A DNA stretch of 63,995 nucleotides, the filler included, from Sluysia triapertura (lineage: Eukaryota), in assembly GCA_046118255.1 (NCBI GenBank). It is 5 parts of 5 records of this genome, joined end to end, with 100 filler letters (N's around TTAATTAATTAA, not from the genome) between each part and the next. Parts side by side here need not be neighbours in the genome. Positions count along the whole stretch, not along the records: positions 18,228 to 29,271 come from JBJNIA010189686.1; positions 29,372 to 40,714 come from JBJNIA010185779.1; 3 more parts are not named here. One strand, given 5' to 3'. The position numbers and the translations under genes were made by a program. The notes under the pieces are model-generated. The model searched no databases. It worked only from the letters and a program-made list of their open reading frames with translations, and was not told the DNA's origin. Shown here piece after piece: positions 25,040-39,780 of this stretch (the stretch's first letter is position 1; the number at the start of each line of letters is the position of its first letter).

Positions 25040-26900
25040 AAAGAGAAACCAAGTAATTTCAGGATTTTGTTGTTTTCAGGATGCCAACTGCCCAATGATC
25101 CCACGCAAATCGAGAAATACCGCCCAGTTTGGTTTTTTTGATTTAATTTCATTGATAAGATTCTGATATTTTGTCTCGTTGAGAGTTCGAGAAAGATTCA
25201 CATTGGTCGCCTCATCATAAGTCATGTATTTGTTCTTTGATTCTGATATTAATTGTATGTCTAGTCTCAACATACTTGAGCTGAATTCGAATATTCTGTC
25301 CATAATAACTTGGAAGTCGTGCAGATTGAGTAGATAATTAGATATTATTCGGAGAAATGAGTTAAGCCTGTCAGTAATCATATCTGAGTTGTTGATACAA
25401 TGATTCAGAATATAAGATTGTGATTCAGGCCACATTTTGCATTTTCGACAAAGCCTATCATTATAGTGTCTATCAGGCCTGTCGTTAACTGGAAGAGAAT
25501 TAGTTCGGCTCTGTGTATGAATGCCCATTGATAATATCGAAGATTTCCATGGTAAAGAATTGTTGTTCTGGAATTTGATATTGATGTTTCGCATTTTCCA
25601 GCAAACTTTTGTACTGACCACTTATAAAAGTAAATATATTTTATATTTAGAGGTTATTAATTTTGAATCTATAATATTTGATATTTTGTTATTAAATTGT
25701 AATTGTAAACAAATACCTAATTCTAATTTAACAAAATTTATGGCAATTAAAAAGTTGTGATTTAAATAGAAAATGCTGTTCCTGACCCTACACCACCAAC
25801 TTGGAAATATATCATTTCCTTGACCAGAATTTAGCCATTTAAGTGGATCTGGATTTTCAGAATTATGTGGTAAATGAGAGTGTCGCGATGAAGTATCTAA
25901 AAGTTCTTCAAAAGGCAAGGTTGGCAACATTTTCTTCATCACAAACTAATATTCGGAATGCAAAAATGATTGAATTTACTTCATAATCATCCCTTTCTGA
26001 GACTAAGCCAACACCACCATTAGATATTGGAGGATAAAGGTAATTATTCGTTGCATAATGTGGTAGCTTGAGAATTCCTTTAAATAGCTTAGATATTTTT
26101 GCATCATATCCAGGTTGCTTGATATATTGTTCAGTGCGATTTTTGAATCCATGACTAGATAGCATGTCAATGTGGAACCATGATGTTCTCATTGTAAATT
26201 GTAGAGGTGAGTGTATAAAGGTTTCGTAAATGTACAGCGTTTTCGATGGTTTTAGTCCACATTTAGAGATTTTATCAAAAACTAAAATAGCTTTTTCCAG
26301 TAACTCTTTTGGATCATGCTTTTGGAAATGAACGAAATGTACTCCCAAATATTTATATGAATTCCTAGATATTATTGGAATTGCGTTTTCATAAATAGTA
26401 GGTGCCTTTCTATTTTCTGGAAAGGATAAATAACCTCATTTTCGGGTTTAAATTTTAATTGTGTCCAGTCTGGATTTCAATAGCTTTATATATCATTTTC
26501 CACAACACAAAATTTGATGGTGCTATTAATGCCAAGTCATCGGCATAAGCTAAAACAGATATTTTTATATTATTTGAATTCCGTAGTGCTCAACTTTTGA
26601 TATTTCTGTTATAACTGGGTTTATTCCAATATTGCATAGTAACATAGACAAGGGGCATGCTTGGCGAGCAACTCTTCGCAATTCAATCTTCGATGTCACT
26701 GTTGATTCGCATATATAGCTTGAACTGCAACCCTTATACAGAATCCCTATTAACACCCATGCGTTGCAGTAAACCATTAATATGTTCAATTGGTATAGAT
26801 GGAAACGCTTCAGCTATATCAAGAAAGGCAATGTGTATTGGTAAAATGGAGTGACACCGTTGATGTTTCTCAATTAGAGATGTTAAAGTAAAGATATGCT
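25040..26900 (-). mobile_element. 5'-truncated degenerate non-LTR retrotransposon of the restriction-like endonuclease type (R2/NeSL/R4-like)
   Basis: DIAEAFPSI, RQACPLS (from QGCPLS), VLAYADDLALIA (YADD 26536-26547), YKYLG, GGVGL; C-terminal CRKC..ESQSYILNHC knuckle and RLDI (from RPD). Confidence 0.88.
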
Positions 26901-28064
26901 TTTAATTTTAGTAATTGTCAAGAAGAGTTCAATAAAATTATTATATTAATGTTCATTAGTAGATATTTGTTAAATAAATTCGATAATTCTATGTATCATG
27001 AATTTATCATAATCAAACACTTAGGTTTACTTAGATCTTATAAGTGCGTGTCAAATAGATTTATTCGTAGGAATTTTTCTGCAAAAGAATTCAAATTTTA
27101 TTGTAATCTAATTATACTGAATAATTATTTACCTAACGGACACAAACTTAATTTAAGATCATTTAAACAAAATAAATTAAATAATTTCTATCTAATACCA
27201 CAATACCATCACATAAACGATATTAACTTACATAGTTAAAATTTATATAAAATCAATACGTAATTTGTTTAACGGGCTATTTTTTTCAAGTCTTATTTTA
27301 CTATTAACACTTTACTTTACTATTAACAATTTCTAATCGCATTAAGATTAACAGAGTTTAAACTTTACTGTAATTACTATTGAAGAAGTCAATAATTAAG
27401 AATCTGTATATCAAATAGGTAATTAACCACCTTGATTTAGCTGTTAGCTAGAAATCATAAAGGCAAGACCTTAACAGAGTAATTCTTTTACCATAGGAGA
27501 ACTCACAAATTTTTAAAATCAATCTATGTCAGATAAGTTTTTAGAAGAAACGACAGACTAAGAACTAAATTTGAACCGAAAAATACACTATGAAACAAAA
27601 TATATATAATGAAAATTGAAAAAATAATCTCTGTTTTGCAAGGTAACAATAAATTTTAAATTGGTTTTATACTTTTTAGACGTAACGTGGCACATACTGG
27701 TTGACACTTTAGATTTAGTCACGTATATAGTATAAATTTATCTAAACAAACATGAATTGTCTTTAGTTGCTACTTTAGAATAAACGAGTTTTGGGATTCG
27801 CGACAGTTAAATCAATACATAAGATATCATATTTCATGCTTAAAACCTATGCATGTGGTGTGAATATTTGTGAATTAGATAGGCTATTAAATTTCTGATT
27901 TAATTTGTTACAGTAACGACTTGAGGGTTTCACATGATATATTATGTAAGAATATTGTGTCACAGTGTGTGGCAAGTATGTATATGCATTTTATTTATTA
28001 ACAGTTATTGTTTAAATTAATTGCATGCATATTTACTTATTATTTTTATTTAAAAAATTGCAAA

Positions 28065-28380
28065 TTGAATATTTTGCTAAGAGAAACATTAAATAATATA
28101 AATGAAAATGTTAATGTATTAATGGAAATGTATAATACAAATGAAAATATTAATGGAAAAATTGATTAATGTATTTTTGTGAAACTAAATGAATGGAAAT
28201 AATTATTGTTAATGGATTTTGAAAATACAAATGTTAATGAATTTAGTATAAAAGGATGAGACAAATTATTAACACAAGATTTCAGTTAAAAAAGATTTCC
28301 TTACAAAAAAATAGTTTGATTTCTGCATGTCAATTTTGGTTTTTTCCATTTATACCTATGATCATTAGCAAAATATTCAA
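28065..28380. mobile_element. Short element bounded by perfect 16-bp inverted repeats (MITE-like)
   Basis: ttgaatattttgctaa at 28065-28080 and ttagcaaaatattcaa at 28365-28380. Confidence 0.5.
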
Positions 28381-28589
28381 TCAACGTTTTTTTTTTCGAA
28401 AAAAATTATTTAACCTTTAATTAACAGTAAGTTTGTAAATAAGTTCAACTCTCCATTTTTGTGTGAGCAATAAGATCTACGTAAAATAATTGAATTTTTT
28501 AAGACTGGCTTAATTTAGTTATAAATTCTTAATCAAATATTTCTTTTGTTGGTTGTGAATAAAGCCTAAAAGACTTTATTCCTAATCTA

Positions 28590-29000
28590 TTATTATCATT
28601 GTTGGAATAGGCATTTTGAGACAAATTCAATCACATTATTATTGCTGGGTTCTTTTTTAACCTAAAGACTTACCTACAGCAAAATAATTAATATTTATGA
28701 GTCCGTTTACAGTATACGACTTACCTATGGCGTACCTGTAAAAATCACGTGAAGTAATTATCAAAATTAACTCTTTAAAAGATGCTTCGTCTCTATTTAA
28801 CAATAACAAGCAAAATCGTTATTTTACAACAAATAACTTAAAAAACTAAGCAAAACTAGATGAAACCAACGTTAGACTTAAGTAATAAAATTATTTAAGG
28901 TGTCAGTTAAATAGTGAAGGTGTAAAACTTCTTGGTATGAATTATTATATTTTTTAATAACAAAATATCTTAGTAAAATAATGCTGTAATTGTACTTTAA
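28590..29000 (+). mobile_element. Very decayed non-LTR RT remnant
   Basis: Traces RLTYGVP (~28717-28737) and EGVKLLG (~28917-28937) in the expected order. Confidence 0.3.
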
Positions 29001-29271
29001 CGTTTTACCCTTTTAATATCAATTTAAATAACAAGATACTAAAAACCTAATATTTTTATTCTACCAAAAAACAAAATAATATCAACACAAATATTAAACA
29101 ATTACTATTAAAATTTAATTATAATAATAGAACTAAAAATTATCAAAGTAATATCCACACAATTATTAAAGATTTATTATTACAAATTCAAAAAATATAA
29201 TAAAAACAACAATAATAAATTCGTATTAACGATAAAGATTTTAAATATAATAAGGGTCTAGCTTTAATAAA

Positions 29272-29371
29272 NNNNNNNNNNNNNNNNNNNNNNNNNNNNN
29301 NNNNNNNNNNNNNNNTTAATTAATTAANNNNNNNNNNNNNNNNNNNNNNNNNNNNNNNNNNNNNNNNNNNN
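29272..29371. other. Artificial contig join
   Basis: N run + TTAATTAATTAA. Confidence 0.97.
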
Positions 29372-29476
29372 TAATAATACAGTAAACAGAATTATAATTT
29401 AATATTAAACTGATTTTTCTTGATATAAATTGGGAAAGTTATTATTTTGCTGCAATTAAAGTCTAACTTTTGATTC

Positions 29477-29540
<64 letters not shown>

Positions 29541-32500
29541 TTTTATTAAATATAATTTATGAAATATTAATAATACATGTAATAACAATAATTAATATTA
29601 TCTGTTAAAGTTTTTCATTAAATATAATTTATTAAATATTAATAATATATTTTATTATAATAATTATTATTATCTGTTAAAGATTTTCATTAATAATAAT
29701 AATAATAAATCTTACTAAATACTTTTTTTATTTCACTAAACTAAAAACTTAAAATATATTTAAACACCTTTTAAAATATAAATTTACTGATCATTTACGA
29801 TTTTAAAAAGAATTAATTTGAAATATTTTTTTAATTTTCATTTTGAAGTATTTCCAACATTTAAAAATTATAATTTAATAAATCTAATTCAGCTTTAGAT
29901 TTGGTGAAATGTTTTATTAAAAAATTACTTTTTACTGTTTAACTTAAATTTCGAGAACCTTTCGAGAAATTTCACTATAAAATCGTTATGAACAAATGAA
30001 TTATGTATTTAATTGTTTATGTTATTTATTCTGTTTAAAGATAAAAAGTTATATTTATAAATTTTAACAAAATGGTCACAAATTTTTTATTCTAGTAATA
30101 ATTTGCATAATAATTTTCTTCAAAATATTCATTTTATTATAATTTATTTAAGTTTCAATTAATTTTTAATTCGCCAAAAATTTTCAGAAATAAAAATATG
30201 AATAAATTAATTTGATTTGACAGATTGTGTAATTTCTATTAATCTTTTTCTTGTTCACAATGATAAAAGAATTTAAAATATATATAAATGTAAAATTTTT
30301 TGACATATTTGTTCGGTTAAAATTTTACTATTAAAATATTATTTTAATAATAAATACAATAATGAATTAATAAATAAAAAAATATAAATTTTTAAAAATA
30401 AAATTTACAAATTAAATATAAATTATTAAATTTCAAAATATTTACTAAAACTGATTAACATCTTTATGTATTTAGATAATTCGTTTTAATTTGACAATAT
30501 CTAAATTATCTGATTTTATTATTTCTTTTTAATTTAAGTAAAGGACATCTTAAATTTTTAATTAAATTACTTGTCTTTAAATATAATTAAAGTAAAGCAT
30601 AATCATATTTAAAGTAAACTTGATCAAACTTTATATTACTTATTTTGAAATTTTTGTTTTAAGTTACGTAAGTTTAAATTAAGACATTTTAAAATTTTTT
30701 AAAAGTTTAAAAATTATTGAACAATTTGATATATTTGATCTATTGTAAGACTTATCAGATAGAACCTTTATGAAATTTTGTTTAATTACTCAAAAATTTA
30801 TATATTTATGTAATTTTGCTTAAAATTTATTATTTCTTTAACAATACTTTGAATATAAATCATTTGAAATAATCGATAAATGTAGTTCTATATACTGTGT
30901 TGGCTAAAATTTTATTTAAAAGTAAACAAACTTTACATTATTTTGAAAAATAATATTATAAAATAATAAACCTATAATTTTTTAAATTATGAATCAAGTT
31001 TCATTAACCATGAAATTAAATAAAATATATTATATTGAAATAATTTAAATATTTAAAAAATAATTATTAAATTAATTAAAATATATATAAAATTTTAAAT
31101 AAATAAATTCTTAATTTTAATAATTTTAATATTAAATAATAAAATTACTCAAACAATTTTTATTTATCAATTAAATATTCTTAATAATTATAATTTATTT
31201 TAAATTAACACTGCATCTGTAAATTAAATTTTAAATAAATACTTTTATTTTTTATTTTCAAATTTAAGTTTAATTAAATTAACAATATCTAATCAAATAA
31301 AATAATTTTTAAAATAATATCTAAATTAAACATTATGCTTTTAATTAAAAATGAAATATGTTTGTCTTAATAGATAAATTATCAAAACAACATGAAAAAA
31401 TATTAATATTATTTAAATAATGAAAAATAATATTCATTTTCATTATAATAATGGTAAGAAAAATATGAAATTATAAATTTAAATAAAATAAATTTAAAGT
31501 AAATAAATTATGTGTAAAATTAGAAATTAAAATAAAATCTTCTTAAATTTAATAAATAATTATTAAATATATGTAACTTATGAACAAAAAATAATTAACA
31601 ATATGTTGTAAATTTCGTAAATAATATTTTACATTACGCACAATAGTTATTTCGTCCTTTTAATGTTCCTATAACAAAATAAAATATTTTGCATGTTCTC
31701 TATTACGACTTTCTTGGTTTTATTCTCACAAAATAATACAAAAAGCAACGCTTCTAAATATTGATAAATATTTAAAATAAATTAATTTTATATCCATTTA
31801 AATATGTTTAGTATTTTTAATAGTTCAGTGTCTAAATGACGAAATTATTAATATTTAAAAAATAATTTTTGTTTTTTCTGTTCTTTCATGTATAAATATT
31901 TAACGGGATAAGATAAAATCTTTCAAAAAAGAATCAACCTTTTTAACAATCTTTTAAAATAAATAAAATATAAAAAATGATGTTTCCTATAACTTTAATT
32001 CATTTAATTAATAAATATTTTTTATAAGAATTAAAACATTTTTATTAATTTTAAATAGTTATTTTCTTTATTCATTAATTTTATTACTTAAATTTACCAA
32101 ATTATATTAAAATCCTTACAAAAATAGACAAAAACTAATTAATAATTTAAAACTAATAATAAATTAATAATAATTACATTAATAATTTAATATATATTTT
32201 TGGTCAATCTTAAATTTATGGCAACATATTTTGACTAATTTAAATTTGTGTTAGTTTTTGCAAAAAGGTCTGATAGAGAATCGAAAATAAAAAATATTAA
32301 TTAATTAATTTAATTAAAGTTTTAGAGCAAAACATTTTTTTATATTTTATTTATTTTAAAAGATTGTTAAAAAGGTCTTAGAATTACAAGTTGATTCTTT
32401 TTTGAAAGATTTCATGTTATCAAAAATTATTTTTTTAATAATAATTTTAATAGTTTTATTAGTTAGTTATATAAAATAGATATTTTCACAATACAATTAT

Positions 32501-32618
32501 ATAAATATTTTCTAGTTTAATATCAATAAAATGAAATATTTTTTAACACAAGTAACAATTTTACAATTACAATAATTAATTTCGATAGTTAATTTAAATT
32601 TAAAATCAATTAAGAAAA

Positions 32619-33845
32619 TTATATTTTATCCGAATAATTTGATTGTATCAGTAAATTTTCTTGCATTATTTTGTAATTTCCATCTGATTTATTTATTACA
32701 TTATGTCTTGCATTATGTAATGATAATAATGATTTTGAAGTACGATTACGATCTTCATAAACTGAATTTCTATTTGAACATTGTATTAATTTCATAATAT
32801 CATTTCGAAATCGTCTTCCGGCAATACAGTAGAGAAAAAAGTTTATTGAATGATTAGTGTACATTAAGGTTTCCACAATAGTATCAATAAGCATAATTTT
32901 GGATCGTTGTTCTTGATCTTGGAAATAAATAGGAAAATGTTTCCAAATTATTGTAAGAGTAATTTTAAAAATTGCAACTGGTATAATGGTCAACAAAAAC
33001 ACCCATGATACTAGTATAAGCATAATTAATTGTTGAGATGTTTGTGAATCAACATAATTTCTAATTGAATCGGAATTAGTAGTTTCATTTTTATTTATTT
33101 TTTTGGTATTATGTTGCAGTTTTTGTCGTTGACGTTTCGATTTCATTAAATAATGAATTATTTTAACATTTGCAATATAAATTATTAAACAAGGACAATA
33201 ACTATAAAGACTAGCATCAATCCAAGCCCAAACATTTTCAAATAGTTTGTTTTGTAAAATACATTTACTATTATACTTTATGGTAGTAATATTTATTGAT
33301 GATGCTGTAAAAGTTGAATTTGGTAAATTAGTTTTGTGCAATGACATTGTAAATAAAAAGTGCACATTGATTAATAAAAGTGCAATAAGCATACATAGTA
33401 CACTAATTCTTGCACGATATGCTGTAGTTTGTGAAGAAGCTTTTAAAGGTCTTGAGACTACAATCATTCGTTCAACGGTAACAGCAACAATTAACCAAAT
33501 AGCGAAATGTGATATAGTTGATGAAACAAATGATAAAACTTTACAGCTAAATATCGATATGTTGAATAATTTTATATTAAATGTTTGACCAAGCCATTTA
33601 GTAGTTAAATTAACAGTTAGAACACATTGGTCTGCAATGGCAAGGGAAAACAGATATATGTAAGTTGATATATGGCGAGTATGACGATACAAAACCCACA
33701 TGACCATAATGTTACCAAATGAACCAATCAAAAATAATATCGGAGGGCAGTATGTTCTAATGTATTTGTGACATCGAAATGCAGAATAATTTTGAAACCA
33801 TTCTACTTCGTCTGGTTGAAGATTCATTACAATGATATTGTTCAA
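32619..33845 (-). CDS. Rhodopsin-family (class A) GPCR, FMRFamide/sex-peptide/myosuppressin-receptor-like group
   Basis: Intact 408-codon ORF with 7 TM; GN in TM1, LAIAD in TM2, C-K TM3 start, TVER (DRY variant), NHSINFFLY (NPxxY variant). First ATG is at 33827; an AG acceptor at 33861-33860 suggests an upstream exon. Confidence 0.95.
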   Translation of the reverse strand: MNNIIVMNLQPDEVEWFQNYSAFRCHKYIRTYCPPILFLIGSFGNIMVMWVLYRHTRHISTYIYLFSLAIADQCVLTVNLTTKWLGQTFNIKLFNISIFSCKVLSFVSSTISHFAIWLIVAVTVERMIVVSRPLKASSQTTAYRARISVLCMLIALLLINVHFLFTMSLHKTNLPNSTFTASSINITTIKYNSKCILQNKLFENVWAWIDASLYSYCPCLIIYIANVKIIHYLMKSKRQRQKLQHNTKKINKNETTNSDSIRNYVDSQTSQQLIMLILVSWVFLLTIIPVAIFKITLTIIWKHFPIYFQDQEQRSKIMLIDTIVETLMYTNHSINFFLYCIAGRRFRNDIMKLIQCSNRNSVYEDRNRTSKSLLSLHNARHNVINKSDGNYKIMQENLLIQSNYSDKI

Positions 33846-36800
33846 ACTTTTATTTGCGCCTAATAAATTATAATTAATTTTAATACTAATAATAAATAAT
33901 AGTTTTATGTTTTAAAATTATTATACAATTATTAAATACAAGCATGTTTTATTAGGCAAATAAATAAAACTCAATAATCATTGATAGATTGATGGTGAAA
34001 AATTTTATTTATGATTAATTGGAAACTATACTAGGATTTAATTTCAGATGTTTCATTGTAGTAAAGTCTTGGTAAGAAATTAATCTTATGAGTTATCTTA
34101 AATTATATTTTAAGTAATGTTTGTTAGTTCTTTTTAATCTTTATATAAATAAGTTATGATAAAATATTTTAAGAAATTGAGCGGTTTATAATAATGGTTA
34201 AGCTTATTTCAACCTTAATACAAATTAATCGAACTTAATAAGAATTTTATTTCAATCCCTATAAACAATTTTAATTCATCTTTGTATGATATCAAAATCG
34301 TTTTAAAATTAAATTTAATTACATGTAATATTGAGCAAAATTTTATCTAGTACCTGAATGGACAAAAGGTATAAACAATTATAATTCCTATTAAGGAAAT
34401 TAAATATACCACAAATATCACTTAGATAAAAAAGTTAAAATATAAAACGCTTCCTATTACAGCATATTATTTAATATTTTTACAGTAATATTAAAGTAAG
34501 ATATTAAAGTTGAGAATTATAATTATAATCATAAAAGATGATATTACAAGTATGAATTGAAGTTTACTGATGAATTAAGTTTGATAGAGTATTTTAGGAT
34601 ATTGTTAACAATTGTGTTATTGATTATTTAACATATTAATTCGTATTGAGTGTTTTAATAATATTATCGATTATTTAACATTATTCATTACTATTATTTG
34701 GAATTATTATTGGAACAATTGGAATTTTATTTCATTATAAATTCAATTTTGAATAAATTTAATTATAAATTGAATTTAACTAACGATAACCAGTTTTGTT
34801 TTCTTAAATAAAAATAATTGTGTCAAGGCTAAAATAGCAACATTTCAATAGATAATTTCATAATTTTTTACAACTTAATTGGAACTGCTTTAGAAATTCG
34901 ACTTTTGCAAATTACGAAAGATTTGGTTGTCGTTAGTTTAATTTGATTAGGTTTCGCGACATTTTAGTCGCTAAGTAAAATACATTTAAAATATCTCTAA
35001 TTGAAATTATAGTTAACTTTTAAGACGTTAACTTAGTAAAATCTTTTTTTGAAAATTCTAATACACATCAAAGATTATTAAGAAATAATCAAAATAAAAT
35101 ATTTATCCTGCATTATATTATTCTTTAAACGTATTTTGTGTTTTTATAATACATTTTCTTAATTAAGTTCTTAATTAACAAATTTGATTTTCCAGGTTCT
35201 TTTTAATAAAGAACCACAGTAAAATAACGTCAACTGACATTAATAGAGACAATTTAAAATCTCATATCAGATTAACTTCTAGAAGTTTTCTTTTACTTTT
35301 AAATCCAAAAACTAGCCCTACCGGTAAGACTAGATGTATTGGTGAACTCACAGTTTATTCTGTTCAAACTCAATAAACTTCATTTCTCACATTATAATAA
35401 GAATGATGTTTAAAATTTATGAAAATGTTTTAACGTTGTAAAGTAAGAAGTTGTAATAATTGTGATATGTTGTATGGAGTGTTTATGGATGCTTTGGTTA
35501 TTGATAAAATTGTCAGCTATACAGTGAACCATCACACTATAAAAAGTAGTAAGAACAACACTATTTTAATTATAATTAGAAAAACATTGTGTGACATGAT
35601 TTATTAATATCAAAACTATTTCGCTTCACGCAATTCTTCTAAACTTCTTGAATGGAAGACTTTCGATAATTCTTCGAAATATTTCTTCATAATAAAGCAA
35701 TAATTCAAAAGTGGTTTCTAATTTTTTGTTTATTTGATTAAATAAGAATAAAAAATTTTACAATTCGTGTTTGAGTTGCCTCACTAAGTTAATATAACTG
35801 GAATAAATTGAAATAAAATTTTCGTAACACCGTTGACAGAATATGAATAGACACAAACTGCAATATTTAAATCTATAATATATCTCTTACCGTTATTCAA
35901 TGGTTTTTGTCTTTACGTTTTTTTCATATATCATCATTAAAAAGAGAAATATTTCATTTAAAATTTAAAATGTTACGTAATACTATGAATACGTTTTTCT
36001 TTAATGATCAATATTCAACTTTATTCACATTATTGCAATATTTTCTTCATAAAAAACATTAAACAAAACTTACATTTTGCTAACCTTTCATAAAAAATCA
36101 ATATTTCTTTTTCATTTATATTAATGAGATAATGGATTTGCATTTGAATTAATGAACTTATAAAATGCATTTTGTTAAAACTTTATTTTATTTTTATTAT
36201 TATAGTTCCTTGTTTGAAATTCAAGTTATTTTTAAGTTTATAAATGTTAATTTAGACGTATTGAAATTAACAAATATACACAAAATATGTATTTATATAA
36301 ATTAATAGCATAAATAAATTTAATTTTAAATTATCCACATTTCTTCCGCAATACTTTTCTCTTACTTTACTGAAACCTTTCTTATAAATATTAAAATTTT
36401 AATTTAATATATATTTTTATTAAAATTATAATTATAATAATAAATTTTTATACCTTTGTGCACTTAGTACAAGCATTTTTAATTTAAAAAAATATTTCAT
36501 ATTTATTTATTTAAATAATTGAATTCATTAATAAGAATAATATTTCAATTTATTTTAAAGAATTAAAAGCCAAAAATAGAATTCAAAGTCATGATATTAA
36601 TCCATAAATATTTAAGATGTTGAATTTTTGAGTATCTTTGAAGGTCTTAAAAGAATGTAAACAATAATAAATGACGTTATACAAATATAAGGTGATAATA
36701 AGACAAGCAAAATGTTATAAACTCTTTATGTTTTAGGAATATACAACAATCATCCAGCGATTATGATATCATTAATAAATTATGAATTATTTAAAGCAGA

Positions 36801-37477
36801 AGTAATTTCTATTTCAGAAATATTAAGTCGATTGTCATATTCTTAGCGTTTTTGATACTTATTTTATAACAGATATTAGCGATATAAATTAATAATAATA
36901 ATAATAATAATTATATTATTATTATTATATTCATTTTTTGAATAATATTTTGAATAATTACGTAAAAAATTCTGTTTTTATATTTACAAACCTTTTTGAA
37001 TTTCAATTTTTAATTTTGTATCAGATTTAAGATCATTGTTTTAAAGTAATAATAATAATAATAATAAGAACAATAATAATAATAATATTTTTAAATTTTA
37101 AATAAAACTTTCTAAGCAAGGATTTCATTATCAATATTTTATTTATTAAAATAATTATACAAGTTGTTTTAATTTTTCTTTTGATTAAAAATATTTTTTG
37201 TTTTAATTCCTTATTATTATGTTTCCTTACAATCTTTTATTTGTATTCTCATGAGACTTATCCATTATTCAATATTTTTACATTCATTTAAGGTATTAAG
37301 CGACAGAAATGGTAAAATGTACCAGACACAAATACGTTTAGGATGATTTAAATCTTTTAATTAATTTTTGAAAGCAGAATAAATTTAGATCTATTTAATG
37401 TTGCAGTACAACCATTTTTTGGCAATAGTTTTATTTAAATTTAATTTACACTAATGGTTATTTCAAATATTTTGGAG

Positions 37478-37520
<43 letters not shown>

Positions 37521-39249
37521 GTGTTTATTATTATTATTAGTGTTTATTATAAAGCGTGTCCTTAAATAAAATTATCTATTTTATATAAGACAATCAGCAG
37601 TTTATCGAAAAATTAATCATTCATTCAGTAATTCTATTTTCCACAATTGGACTTAGTCTAGGCATGATATGATAGTAGCTATTTATTTAGTAATAACAAA
37701 TTTTTGACTTATTTTTACAGTTAGCGTTAGAAATATTTTTTCTATTGCATGATTAGCAACCACCATCAGTCTGATAATCTTTCAGTCCAAATTTCAAAAT
37801 ATGAAAATGTTAGTAATTAATTGTATAATGAAATTTAACAATTAATTTTAAAATTTTAAACCTAATTTATATGTTACTGAAATTTTATCATAAGCTTAGA
37901 AAGTTTAATTTTTCTTTAATAACTTTCATTTTGTTGTTTTTTTGTCAATTTTAACAATTTATTTGACACTATTCTGACTAACAATATTAGGCAGGCCATT
38001 CCAGAATTTTTGTATTTTAAAAACATTCTGAAGAGCTTTTATTTGTACTATTTGACTTCAAATTTTTAAAATTTTTTCGAATTAATATTTATAAGTAATA
38101 AATCTTTTCGAAATTTTCATATTGTGAAATGTTCAAATATGATTTCCTTCATTAACCAAGACAGAAAAGTAAGAATTTATGAAATACAATTTTGTATTAT
38201 AATTCAATCGTTTTAAATATAATAATTCTTACGATTTTGAAGTTTTTATAGTTATAGTTCGTCACATTTGTATTTCCCACGATATTGGGTAACAATCAAT
38301 AGAAAATATTAAATCATGATTTATTTGAACTTTTAACATTTTGAACATATTTAATTTTACTGTAACATCATGATGAGTACATTTATTTTATAAAAATAAC
38401 CGAAATATAATTTTATTCGGAAATCAAGTAAATGAATATAAGATTAGCAAGCATAAATTAAATTTTAATAATTGTGAACAAAACAGCTTGGTAGATGTAA
38501 AAGTACTTTGCATTGTTTACATAAGATTAAATCATAAGATTAAGAGATTGTTTAGATGTGATTCAATTAAAGTTACGATTGCGCATAATGAGTCTAACAG
38601 AAATTTCCAAAAGTAGAAAACTGAAATGCTTCGAAAATTGAGTAAAATAAAAAGAAATCAAACCAGCTAATATTTATAATTAATGCTTAGGTGAAATACT
38701 TTTTGTGTAGAATTATTAGATTCCATTGTTTAGATCAATATCCGTAAATTACCAAATAAAACCATTTATAACAGTCATCGGTCGTAACAAACTGATGATC
38801 TTAACAATCTAATATCAATAATTATACAGAGAAATTTTTAAAGTTTAATTTAAATAATTTGTAACTTTAAAAACCAAATTTGATTGATTGAAGCGATGCT
38901 TTTAGTTGCTTTACTTTAAGATTGAAAAAAAATCTGATATGAATAAAACAGAAAATTCAATTAATTTGATGTGAATCGTACATAAACTAGCTACATTAAG
39001 CATGAAAATAGTCAAAAGAAATGTATTTTAAACTGGAATTTGATAGAACGAAAAAGTATAACAGTGATTCATGTTCATATTCAAAATCTGATCTGTGATA
39101 TAGAAAAATAATAAACAATCTTTGATATTTTCTTTGGAGAATACGTGAACATTTTATCAATTTGCGTTGAATTTGATGTGAAAAAATAATTTGAATATCT
39201 ACAGTAACAATATTGGAATGTTTAAATTTCTTGTTGCAATAAATTAATG

Positions 39250-39780
39250 ATGTTATCTTAAGTCAAAGTTCAGAATAATTATGGATCTTTAATAGAAAGC
39301 ATCCCCAAGAACATAGCTTTATATAGATGGTGTCGCAATTTCTTAACTTATTAAACCATTTTAAGTCTTATCAGGGAATCATAAGAATATGGATTGTGTC
39401 CAGATAATTATCTGCATTCATAATTAAGAAACATATTATATTATATCTGCATAATGTCCAATATTATTTTACTATATTATTTTACATAAATGTATCTTTA
39501 TGGTTATTCATATGATGAAATTCAATAGTATCAATCATCATATATAACATATAATATCTATTTCTTCCATTAGTATTCAAATATTTACTTAAACTATTCA
39601 TTAACTTTGAAATGAAATCTAGGGGAATTTTCTTTTAAAATTTGATTTGGCAACATAATTAAAGAAGTTGTCCAATGGATTTAAGTATTGACGACTTATG
39701 ATATGATCATCAAAATCGATAGTTTTAAAACATACTCAACATTGTCTTGTAATACACAATTTTCTAAAATATTAACGTAA
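39250..39780 (-). mobile_element. Possible highly decayed non-LTR RT remnant
   Basis: YAD-like tatgcagat near 39444-39452 followed by FLG near 39305; no long ORF. Confidence 0.25.

Noticed and set aside
33247-33588. Plus-strand 113-aa ORF
   Set aside because: Antisense shadow of the GPCR.
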